Source of the DNA: Phoronis australis
Lineage: Eukaryota; Animalia; Phoronida
NCBI GenBank assembly: GCA_002633005.1
Contig: NMRA01000530.1
Coordinates: 51,706 to 115,705, forward strand
Direction: 5' to 3'
Length of the DNA: 64,000 nucleotides
Part shown: piece after piece, positions 12,641 through 24,500 of the stretch
How positions within the stretch are numbered: the stretch's first letter is position 1
Layout: the number at the start of each line of letters is the position of its first letter
Notes under the pieces: generated by a model
The model's input: the letters and a program-made list of their open reading frames with translations, nothing else
Databases searched by the model: none
What the model was told of the DNA's origin: nothing
Program-made: the position numbers and the translations under genes

Positions 12641-13727
12641 TCTGGATATTGCTCCAGGTGTAAGGGTTAGGAAGAATTATTCATTAATAATAGCAGGAGA
12701 GAAGAAAGCCTGTAACAAGTCTTGAAAACACACACACACACATACATACATACATGCATAAATAAATTCACTGACATCTGTTTCACTGAAAAAGGAAAAC
12801 TAATTGTCATTGTTACTAGTAGCCTTGGTACAAAGCTGTATATAAATATATTTTTGCACCACTTAGTGTGTACATTTTCGACGGCAAATAATATATTTTG
12901 ACAACAGTCTTCATGAGTTCATACAGCTAGCTGGCTGGCTATGAGTATGATACTACTAAGACTAACAGCTCAGTGCAGTGTAGCAGAGTAGAAGGTAGGA
13001 CAGCTCCTCACCGTGTGTTACAACTGAAAGAGAGCTAAACTACAGATTGACACGGTGGCAGGGCAATATCATAACGTGTTTGACAACCATTGAGCTACGA
13101 ACCCCTATTCCTAGGCTAAAAATGATCATCTTCCATTACCTACAATACAGGCCTTCAACACTACAGTCACACAGTGCTTTGGTTTCATGTGTTCGTCAGT
13201 CAGGGTCAAGGTCAAAGTCGTAGTCAACAGATGGCTCTGTACAACATGTTCCTAACATCAGGCACAGGGCCAATTTCTCAGTGGTGGCCCTCACTAACAA
13301 CAGGCCGATTTGCATGAAAAGGAAATTGTTGGTTGACACGGTACTTTTGGACCACATTTTTGGAATTGGTCTTTGAATCTTATGCTGGCTTTAGTCGAGC
13401 ATCGGCAAGGAAGTGATGGTTTTGGGGTGAAAAGTGCCGATTTTGCGTTTTTTGTCCATATTTTCCTTAGTCTAGCTTCAGTGGTTTTCAGCCTGAAAGG
13501 GTCAAAACAAGAGAGAATAAAGTTTTGTTCTCATCTCAGTGAAGGTTTTATGATGTGAAATGACTCAAAACTGTTCATTCTTTGCCTAGTTTTTGACATA
13601 GGAATCAAGAAAGCCGGGGTGACGAGTCCGTTTGACGTGCACTGAGTGTTTTGATAAGCAAAGCCATGTGAGAACTGTTCTTGCCCCTTCTCAGTAGAAG
13701 GCAAATAGTTGTGTAAAAATATAATAA

Positions 13728-13830
13728 CTACAGGCGGTCTGATACACGTTGTACCAGACGTGCGCAGGCCTCGCATGCCCATTGCACTGATCACCTGGAA
13801 ATATTTTCATGCTTTAATATATCGTTAAAA
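13728..13830 (-). mobile_element. SINE family A, 3' fragment
   Basis: CAGGCGGTCTGATACACGTTGTACCAGACGTGCGCAGGCC...GCACTGATCACCTGGAAATATTT is nearly identical to the 29680 copy. Confidence 0.75.
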
Positions 13831-14524
13831 ATAGTTGTGTATTACAGAGACGGGATTATGTGCTATACAATGGCCGTCTTTATGATACTAAAACACCCCG
13901 CGGTTTGCGGTGCAGTATTATGGCACATTTCAACGCGTTGCTCTGGCTTGTTTTGAATTACTTTTATCTTAATTTCCACAAAGTGGATGTTGTTTAATTT
14001 TTGTTGGCATACAATATAACCAGTCCCGGTTCAAACGGATTTCACCCCGGCAGGAGGAAGTCCGAGAAAATGAGACAAAAGTCCACTAAAAAGGTATGAA
14101 TTCGGCGAACCCCGTTTTTATAGTAACAGGAACACATTCTCAATGAAAAGTTGAGACCCTTATATTTTAGGCTGGGTGCGCGCATGGATTTGACCTACGT
14201 TGCGTTGTAGTGTTGAACTAAATCATCGGATGACAATTCGAGTGTGCCCCTAGTGGCAAAAGGTTTTTCTTCCATGCCTTCCTTTAGTTGTTTGTACACA
14301 TGGTCATCGGCCCAAAATACAACAAACAAGCAAACAAGATCATTGGGGGTGCTATGCACACTATTCAGTAATACACAAGCTGTTCCGTTTTTAGATGTGT
14401 AGTTTACATATTTCACAACACAGGTATCAGGATTACGTAACAGTCCATGAAATTTAAATAGAGTGGGACTTGTCCAGAGGCTCTCACTTAGAAACTAAGA
14501 ACGTTTTTTTTTTTACTTTTGTAT

Positions 14525-14953
14525 TGTAACGGGGGCGGTATTTACGACCAAGGCGCCCAGATTTTAAGAGCCCGGTGCGGACAGAGGGTGATATTGAAAA
14601 CTAAAATTGGTGAATAATAAGTTTATTATGAGTATAATATGTCACACTTACAAGCAATCCTGTCGTTCCATGATCTAGTAGGCCTATATCGCAGCGTTGT
14701 GATTTTAGACCAGTCGCTATTTAATAGTTGTATGTGCAGAAACGGGGGTAATTCAGTTATAGGTACGAAATGTGAGCAGCAATCAAGCTCGGCGGGGAGG
14801 AGCCTGAGAATTGTTGGGGACTAAACTATTGGCATTAGCCCGAAAGCAGCACGAATAGTTGGAGTTTGGTGTGAGTGAGAGTGTATTAGATGTTGACTTC
14901 TTGAGCTCTGCTACTGGATTTCTCGTGTCTGACAAAGACGAAGCATAATTACA
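14525..14953. mobile_element. Possible solo LTR
   Basis: TGTAA...TTACA inverted 5-bp ends around ~430 bp of non-coding sequence. No TSD found. Confidence 0.3.
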
Positions 14954-15907
14954 CAATTTCAGCTAATCAGGCACGATCTATTAAAGGTGCTAAGTCCATA
15001 GTTCCTAGGATCTGACCAAGCATGGCCAAATTTGGTCATGTCTAAAGGACCCAAAGTAATTCCACACGTAATGTACAGCTTGTCTACCAGAGGGAGCATA
15101 TGTCTCAACTATATAATCGTGTCCAGGGCACTCCTGTAGTAACAGTATCTTAGTAGTTTATTAACGTTTTTTCAATTTGGCAAGTAGGTATCTAGTTAGG
15201 GGACAACAACGTCATCCCATTTTCGGACTAATTTAATGTTTCTGTGCCATGTGGTGGCCATTAAATATATTTTTGCGTAAGTTTTTGACATCGGCCTGTC
15301 TCTCTGCCAAATCACCCAAATCTATGAAAAATTATGGTTGTGTTCTTGATAAAAATACCGCGAATCAAGAATTGATTTTCGAACGGTTTCGACTACCATG
15401 TTTGGCGCCTCCTCAAGAGGGAATTTTGCTTTATTGAGTCTGCGGCTATTCTTCTTAACCTTTTGAAGAGAAATTTTGAGGGTATGGAAATGGCAACAAA
15501 CGATGATTAGTTTCAGATGAATTGGAAAATAGCTGTGCCCCCCACCCAGTGCTGTTTTTATTTTTCTTACGTTTGCCTCTGTTGATCCGTGGCTATGATA
15601 TTTTGATGACATTTATTGGTAAATATAGCTTGGTAGAGATAACACCACCTTCCCAATTCGGAAGTGTTTGACGTATTATACAACATCTAATGGCTATTTT
15701 TATGATACTAAAACAGTTTGCGGTGCTATCGTGGGCACATTTGAACTCTCCGCCCCGGCGTTGCTCATGTTATTATTATTTTCTTTAACTCTTTTATCTG
15801 CTAAAATGTGGTTGATCTTTGCGTGTTCTTATAAGCTCGAAAAGATAACACCTTATGAACTAATTTACTGCGCCCTCACTGACTTCTCAGTTTTTGAATA
15901 TTTTAAT

Positions 15908-16090
15908 TTTTTATGCGCCTACTCCGCCCGTCCGTTCATCCGTCGGGCGTCCGTCCAGCGTCCGCTGCTTTATCTCCCACACCCTTTGATGTATGTGTTC
16001 ATAAAATGCTACACATGTTTTCCTATCATGGATGGGACGGCATGGGCGAACCTTCGGGCGGATCCGACTACCGGTGTAACCCCTAGTGAC
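15908..16090 (+). mobile_element. Helentron/HINE-like 5' fragment with (TCCG)n-like microsatellite
   Basis: TTTTTATGCGCCTAC followed by CCGTCCGTTCATCCGTCGGGCGTCCGTCC. Confidence 0.45.
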
Positions 16091-19064
16091 AATTTCTATG
16101 CCATTTTAAGGTAAAACGCTGCACGGTGTATATACATGCATTTCTATCTGATTACAGGCAACTCCCAACACTTTGGTGCCCAGTTTTGTTTAAATAGCTT
16201 CACATGAACCAAACTTAGTCACGCCTCAAATGTCCCACAAAACCGCACCTACATAATACACTGTGCCAAGATCAGAACCTTTCACAATGTTTGCTGACTA
16301 CCAGGGAAGCAACTTCTTGCAGGTGCTGGGGGTGTCACCACCCAATAATTGTCGACTAAATTAAGTAGAGGGATAAAGTCGGGCAAGGAAAGAAAATTTT
16401 GGGCAAAAATGTTCATTCAAATAACATTTTAAATTTAAGAGTTTTGAAAAAGGTGGGGTCAATCTGGTTGTGATTAAATTGTCCTACTCTTTGACTGCGG
16501 GCTTTCCAAGCATTATAACCTTCTGTTGTCATTTTCCCTCAAATTGCTTTTTTCATGTGGCGTTGCTTAAAAAATGAAAGTGATACTGTCAAGATGGTCA
16601 TCAAATTCACGGCCGTTACCTTGGTTACGTTTTAGTCTTGTGCACCACTCACGACGAGCTTTTCTTACTAATTAGTCTCATATCAACTCGTTTCAGCACT
16701 TACGCACTGAATGTTCACGAAGCAGGATTAGTTGTTAAAAAGTAGGAGGTAAGGCAACCATTAATGAAACAAGTTTTAAATCCATGAATGACGGATAGTT
16801 TGGGGTGGGGGAGAGGGTGGAGGCAAGTTGATTAATGTCTTAATAGGCGTACATGTTGTGTTCTTGTTAATGATGGTGATATATATTTGTACCTGGCGCA
16901 ACTTTACTATTAAAAATCGTTGAAATGTGATTTTACCTTTGCTGTAATGGTCTTGCGCTTGTTCATGATAAAAAACTCTTGCCACAGAGCAAGAGAAAGA
17001 AACATTAAAGTTATATAGGACCTTCGACAGCTAATGGTCAATATTGGCTAATTTGTGAACAACATGTCACAGAAATGGCTCATCAACTGTTTCCTATGAG
17101 ACTTTAAGATACTGTGCTTTACACACAGTTCTCTGTCTGAATGTGTTTTTGAAATGTTCCACTTTTTAATCAGGGCTATAAAATAGGTCTTTGATGATTT
17201 TCATGAAAAATCCTAAGTTGCATATAAATGAAACAAAATAATATTTCAAAAAAATGTAACAACATGTTTTTTTAAAGATTTCATCTTGAGCATTAATTTA
17301 TTTCGATTGGAATGTGGCCATTGTTATTGATACTGTTCTTTTGGTATCAGCATACATTTCTTGTTTTTGCTTAAGTTTACTAAAAGACATGGTTACGTGA
17401 CCAATTAATGGCACACTGAATTGTAAAAAGTCAAATTCTACAAACGTTCTACTTCCAAGAAACAATACATATACTTTTCCTTCATAAACTGTTAATGTTG
17501 TAGGCATTTGGCAAAAAAGACTTGCTAATTGTTGGTTCTACAGAAATTTAAATTCCTGGTTGCCGTCACCACGCAATAAATAAACGAAACTAACTATTTC
17601 ATCACCAGCTCTAGAACTAAATATCAGACAGATGCTACAGTAGCGTCAGATTTGTTTTACGCTCAGTAAAAAAGAGCAATAGATTTTCGGGTGTTCATGA
17701 AAACGCACCACCCGTCAATGCGGTTCTCGTCGTCCTCAAACGATGGGCATTCGATGACTGAATGACTTTGTTCTACTGGCAAAATAAAACACTTAGCTGA
17801 TATCATAAGATACATTTTGAGGAAAAATAACAGCATGTAAAAAGATAAAGCTCGAGGCAGTTTGGTAAGTGTGTTCAAACCAGAAATTACTCTCTGATTT
17901 GTGGAGGTTAAGATGAAGTGTTGTGAATTGTGTAGTTGCGATGATGGTGCACTTTTGAAATGTTTGATTGAGTACCTGTAAAATGGCAATTGTTGCGAAT
18001 GTTTTTAAATTATTGAATAGTTTGTGCTAATTAACTGCAGTCGAAAAATGTACACATTATGTGATATTTAAACATAAGATTACTGATGGATTTGACTACA
18101 AAACCAAACGTTTCCTTTATGAAGGCGTTTTGGACAATTTTTGGCACATTTTACTTACTTCGATTTAGTTTGAATGCTTTAGTGTATTAACGACCCTCGA
18201 AGAGGTCAAGATGGACCACAAACTGTTCGTGGTGGAGAAGCTTTTCGTTGAAGTAATCAGTGAACTTCAATGGGTATATGGCTCTATGTCAACGTTAATG
18301 GAATGTTAAATCTTTTATGAAACATTACATATGGGGTTCCACCGGAAAACGCGAACCAAAGGAAATTACAGCATTCAAAGATGGGCTTTAAGGAACATGG
18401 CCCGTCAATGGCCGAAAGCGTATAGGTTTCATAGGGGTTCAGAATGTTACAAGGGAGGGGTGTTGGACGTAATTTGTTCAAGTTGAAACTCGAGACATGG
18501 GTGCACCCCATTTATTTTGAAAAACATGCCCATTTACTAATGGCTCGTGGAATGTAGTAAAGATTGTTGCTGATCGATGTAGGCTCGTTTAATATACTCT
18601 ACAACGTTCCAAGCAAACACATTTGATTAATAACGTTATCTTAAACAAATAGTAGTTGTTTTATCAACTGAAAACTGTTGGTATTTTGGCTGGTTTTACA
18701 GGAGAGGGCAATTGATACAATGCTTGTTTTGTTCATCATTTACAAATATGGAAACATTAAAGCCAAATTAGTCGCTGAGCCGGACTGTCATACCTGTTAT
18801 TCCTATATCGACAAGTGCCTAACAGAGCGTCTAATCCGTGTTATGTCTTAGGAAATGGAATGTCATAACATATCACAAACAAATAATTCACACAGGCAAG
18901 GCTGAACGTTTTTGCCGAGGGCAATAAGTATGTGTCTGTACTTAGAACAAGACATGCACCTAAGTATACAGATGATAACCAACCGCGATCAGGCACATGT
19001 AAAACAGTCGAGCAAACCGCCGACGTTCTGTACCCTCTGCGAGTAGCTCTTGCGTTGCAAAAGC

Positions 19065-19947
19065 TTTTTATGTGCCTACATATTTACATGTGGGTGCGTC
19101 TTACTGCCATCTCTGTCTGGCCGGTGTGTTCTTATGTGACTGACGACAGATGACGATGGGTTTTGGACCGACCCAAATAGCGCTATGCCCCCAAGTGGCA
19201 TTTTTATGTTTGCCTTTGTATCTTTGGAGTTCTTGACGGATTTTCATGAAATGCAAATAGATTTTTAATACAGAGTCAATGAAGCCCTCCCATTATCGGA
19301 CGGATTCGACAAATATTTCGCCACCTTATGGACATTTTTGCGTCCGTTTTCTGGCGTCCGCTTCTCTTTACCGTTCAAAGAAACCTTATAAAAATTTACA
19401 GATGCTTTCTGACGAGAAGGCCACGACTGACGTTGGCTTTCGGATGGGTCCAACTATTTTGTCGACCCCTAGTGGCGAAATTGTTTTTTGTGTCTACGGC
19501 CGAATATCCTTAATCCTTTTAAGGAGCTTTGTTGAAAAGTAAAAGCTGTATTTCTATGGAGCCGTCGACAAAACGGTAAGGAATGTCGAACTGATCCAGA
19601 TACCACTGTACCTCCAGTGGCAAGTTTTTACGTTTCCCTGTATCTTTGGATTTCAGTAATATGTTTTCATGAAATTCGGCAAATAGTTTTCTATTAAGGA
19701 GACGACAACGCCGTCCCGTCTTCGGACGGATTTGATTTTTGTGCACCACCTGGTGGCCATTTTTGTTCCTTTTGCGTTCGTTTTCTGGCGTTCACTTCCC
19801 TATCGGCAATACCGCTGACCAATATGAGAACTTGCAGATGAGTTCCTGATAAGAAGGCCATGACTGAAGTTGAATTTTGGACGGGTCCGTAAACTGTGTC
19901 GCGCCCTAAAGATTTTGCTTTTTACGTCTGCGGCAGAATCTCCTTAA
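19065..19947 (+). repeat. Helentron/HINE-like element with ~140-bp diverged tandem monomers in a ~425-bp higher-order repeat
   Basis: ~19185-19515 aligns with ~19608-19947 (e.g. TGTATCTTTGGA, TTTTCATGAAAT, CGGACGGATT, GTTTTCTGGCGT, AGAAGGCCA). The TTTTTATGTGCCTAC start resembles the one at 15908. Confidence 0.7.
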
Positions 19948-20257
19948 AAGAGAATGCCACCCGATTTAATTAGTCTTTTTTACCGTCTTAATCGGTCTAT
20001 ATCTATATCGCCTCGCACACGGTCGACATTATCTTGCCGAGAGGTGGCGCGTTAACCAGTAAGAAAGGTGAGAAACGATGCAGCGACGTCAGTGGTTCAT
20101 CTACAGAGTGAATGCCGCTATGTTGCGGTGCATCGTTCCCGCCTGTTCGAACAATGGAGCTGCGAGGAAAGCGAGTATATTGTTCTTCCGACTTCCTCGA
20201 GAACCCGAATTGCTTAGGAAGTGGCTCGCAAATTTAACTTCAAAGTCTCTTTTCTAG
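19948..20257 (+). mobile_element. THAP-domain transposon relic (Kolobok-like 5' end)
   Basis: Begins right after TTAA (19944-19947). 20120-20257 encodes MLRCIVPACSN...FFRLPREPELLRKWLANL, a truncated THAP zinc finger too short for the ORF track. Confidence 0.7.
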
Positions 20258-21513
20258 AGGAGTTGTTTGGCGTAATGCAAACAGTGATGCCGATGGCAAG
20301 TGCCAAATGACTCGCTTGAAGATTGGTGCCGAGAATTGAGCAGAAATCTCTAGTAATTGGCATTTACCGAGATCCCACAATCTGTTATGAGGATTTTCAA
20401 ATATTCGGTGTGCTCTCTAGGGACATGATAAGAATATAGCTGTCTAAAACGATGAAATGAAGCAGAGAAGTGAAACAACCTTGACAGTAACGTTGTAATT
20501 CTATATTGACAACACTCTCTAGTGGACAATACTTATTGTTGCTACTATAAGATCAAGTAAATCTGTGAAACAAAGTGATGTCCTAATAAATTCGTCAAAA
20601 GCAGGGAGCTAGTTTGAACATTCCTTACATGACTTCATCAATTTGGAAGCGTGAATATAATGATTGAGTCAATTAAATTCATAAGTTGACAGCTGTGAAG
20701 AATGACTGCTGACCACAAATAACAGTATCCACTTAGTGGCGCAACAGGAGCCCCCTCCGCCAAGGAAGGCAAAAGCAGGTGACAACCACTTGGATGAAAT
20801 TAGTAAAACAGAATTTGGTAATCTTTTCAGCACCGGCATAGGCAATTAGTGTCATGTGAATTTCTTATGGCATTTGGGTTGCAGATTTGATACAACAAAT
20901 ATTCCAACAAACCTGCCGCAAAGTAAATATATCCTATCTAGCACAATGTAATCAGAGAAAAAAATGTCAACCACACAACTTCAAGAAACCTATGGAAATA
21001 TTTACCCGACTTCTGGGAGCTGTGCCTGCCTCTTTCTACGGGGGTTCATTGCTGACTGGTTTCCGCGAAAATTGCGTCGCCCTCTGTCGTTGTTCCTTGA
21101 CATCACGTCCCTGGACCATGAGTCGGACATCTCAGATCTAAGTCTGACCCTTTCTACATGCACGTGTTTTGACTGAAAAACACTGGCTGACAATGAAAAA
21201 AGTTGAAAATTTACATGACTGCCCCGTAACTACATTTCACGCAATCAAAACAGCTTTCGCAACTAAATTTCCTAAGCGACTCCATTTTTACTAGGTAGTG
21301 CTGTGGAACTGTTTTTGATGTCTAACTATATTGAGACCTAACAAAAGCAGTTCATCAGGATGACGCGTTTGTGTAATTTGGGTCTCACGTGATTAATGAT
21401 TCAAACATTCATTTCTAAGAGATAAAGGACCAGTGGTTCACTTGCGACAGCTCTTGAATTTCGAATTCGTCTTTGCTACTGATCTGCTGTACAGTAAACG
21501 GACGTTAGCCATC

Positions 21514-24500
21514 TCAAAGGCGTCTCGCGTCTTTCGGGACACCCAAGTCCCTGGCCAAGAGGAGAAATATCGTCCAATAACACACATTGAACACCACATA
21601 GAGAACTGGAAAAATAAATCGTGAGTATTTGTCTATATCGCTTGGGCTGACAACGCAACAGCCACACTTTGACTCTTCGACGTCCTTGAATTCTATACGT
21701 CGGAAGCAGCAACACATTCCGTTCGTTATCACAGGAGCGCCTTTGATATCCGAGGAACCTGGAGAGTCGTGTTTTGAGTACGTCGTCTCGAAGCCACCTG
21801 ATGACCATCTTTGAACCTAGAATGAAACAAAATTTTCAGAAACATCATCTACCTCAGCCGTGAGATCTCTTAAAACTTCTATAAACCATCCTTTGGAGTC
21901 TGTTACAAGAAAGTGACTTAAGACTAAGTCCGAAATTAGGTCTTGCGGTCCACACAAAATTTTCTGAAAAACAAGTACATGTCACTTCAACAAAATTCCA
22001 AATTCTTTAAGAATATATACGTAACTGCTAGTTACTGGGATAATTTGCCTACATCATTTAGGCTGCTGTGTGGTATACGTAATAATTACAAATTATACAA
22101 TTATATTCACTAGTAACTACATGTATGAAGTGGGTGCGTGAAACCAATTTCTAACTAAGTCGTAAGTCTCTTTCTCGAAATCGAACTCGTGACAATTTTT
22201 GTCATTTCCGGTTTTGCTTTGCTACAAACTCAAGATTAATGTCTATAATTCTGCGCTCCAGTCATTTTCGTATATGACTGTCTGATTAAACTTTGCAAGT
22301 GATGGACCCGATATCAATGCGAGTCTGAAGTAGAAATTCCCGGTTTTTTACTCGAAGTCTAGAGTTTTTATTCATGTTTGTCGCTCAGATCTAGGGGTCA
22401 TCAAATGACAGACACCCTGCACTAGAAACCCATCTGCGTAAACCAAAATATGCTACAACATAGACTAATATACAGGTACACTAATTCTGAGTTCGTATTG
22501 AAGCAAGACTGAAAATTTTAAAAACAATTCGAGTTCTATTTCGAGTGCAAAGATTATACTCCGGGCCCAGGTGTTCAACAATTTTTTCATGGCAGATGGT
22601 TTGCCCTTCCAAAACAACGTCATAGGGTTTTAATAATTTGTTTTAGTTGAAAGTGCTCAGAGAAATTGCCTGGATCTCCCCCCGGCGGTCGTACAAATAA
22701 ATGAGCCTGAAGAAATAACAGCATGTCCGTCTGCCTAGAAATCATTTCTATTCTGAATAAGGAACAAGATGATACCAAATTCATAAAAAGAGTGTCTTTA
22801 GATCAAAAGCTGTTTGACAGATTCTTGAAAAACAGCCAAATCCAAATCAGCGTCTCCCCTTCAAACCCGAAGCCCACTGACGAAGTAAAATGCCAGTTTA
22901 AGAGCGTCTACCGTGATTCAACCACCAAAACCTTTGGGAGGCAAAAGTACAATCAAATAACATCTTGCCAAACTTGTTTAAGATTTGCCTGAAACAACGC
23001 AACTTGCGACTAACCTGTTCAACCGGCTTTAACTTTTGTCTTTTGTAATAGTCACGCCTCAAATCGTCGTTTCTGAAATCGTTTGCTTTGTTTAATTCTC
23101 TCTTTTTAAACGAGCCGCCATCCTTTGTCGATGGTGAACCGTCTTTTGAGCAAGAGCAGCTTTTTGTTTTGTTCTTGAAGCATCTTTTCCCGATGTAACT
23201 AACTGCCGCATATTCCAAGAGTGATGCAAACACCATAATGAAGCATACGACAAGATAGATATCGATGCTTTTCAAGTACGAGATCTTTGGTAGCGACGAG
23301 TTTGTGTTCGATATGAGAGTCGTAATTGTCAAGATGGCGGTTATCCCGAGGGCGACACGTGCCGGAACTGCGTCACGACTAAGCCAGAAAGAGACCCAAG
23401 ACACGAGGACGATGAGATTAGTAGGTAAGTAGATCTGGACGACGTACCAGCCTAAACTTCGGGCGAAGTAGAACTCACAGGATAGGCGCGAATAATTTCC
23501 TGAAAAATACATTAATAGATACGACAACGTATTTTTGGCACACGAACCTAACCACGATGCTGCCCCAATCAGGCGGTATTTTGACAATCTTCCCCCTGTA
23601 AGATAATAACTGACTGAAATTTATCCCTCGAATTAAATTTAAACAGGGGCTGGATTGAATAAAACTTCAAAACTATCCGCCGGATAAATTTGATTGTTGC
23701 ATGACGTCAGGTGCATTGTTCAACAATAACAACGTGGCGCGTGATTATGCGACGTCATTGTTGCTATACGGCATATAACTTTTATGCAACTAGACCAGGG
23801 CCCGGTCTCTAATCTTTGTACTCAAAACGAACTCGAAACTATTTTTGGCAATTTCTCTGCTCCTTTTGTCCGAACTTAAGATAGTTGGTTATCAGACTGT
23901 GCTCGAATACATTATAGTTTATGCATAGGAGTTTCTAGTTAAAGTTTGCCCTTGAAGACCCTTATATTCGTGCTACAAACTCGAGTAAAAACTCGAAATT
24001 TCGAGTTCAAACTCGAACTTATTGCTTTAATATTGGTTTTACAAACTGTGAACTAAGGGCAATAAATTATCTACGTAAGTTATTGTGTACTCGAGCATAG
24101 AATAATAGACACATATCTTGAGTTCGCCCAAAAATAGAGTAGAAAATGCCAAGCCTAATTTCGAGTTCCATTTCGAGTAAAAAGATTGGAGACCGGGCCC
24201 AGAGCTCAGTTGCATAAAAGGTCAATCGATTCATTGCAATGTTTCTCGTGTAGTATGTGGTATAAATAGATTATTACATGTTCTCAGCAGTTATCCCCCT
24301 TATCTAGAGCCCTCGTGGATTTTTGAGAATTATCACCCTCGGGGCTAACGCCCCTCGGGCGATAATTCTCCAAAATCCACTCGGGCTCTAGATAACGGGG
24401 GATAACGACTTCGCCACGTAATAATCTATATTTCTCTTTACCACACATAAGTGATAGCAGGAAGAGATCTCTTCCTGGTGATAGTTATAACAGGTTTTGC

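Noticed and set aside
13180-13202. Hammerhead-like CUGACGA..GAAA on the minus strand
   Set aside because: No stem II and no NUH or stem I closure.
13203-13220. Nuclear-receptor site GGGTCAAGGTCAAAGTC near the presumed HMT promoter
   Set aside because: The TSS is unknown and such short motifs are common.
20330-20440. LINE endonuclease remnant (SLVIGIYRDP)
   Set aside because: A single short motif with no supporting flanking motifs.
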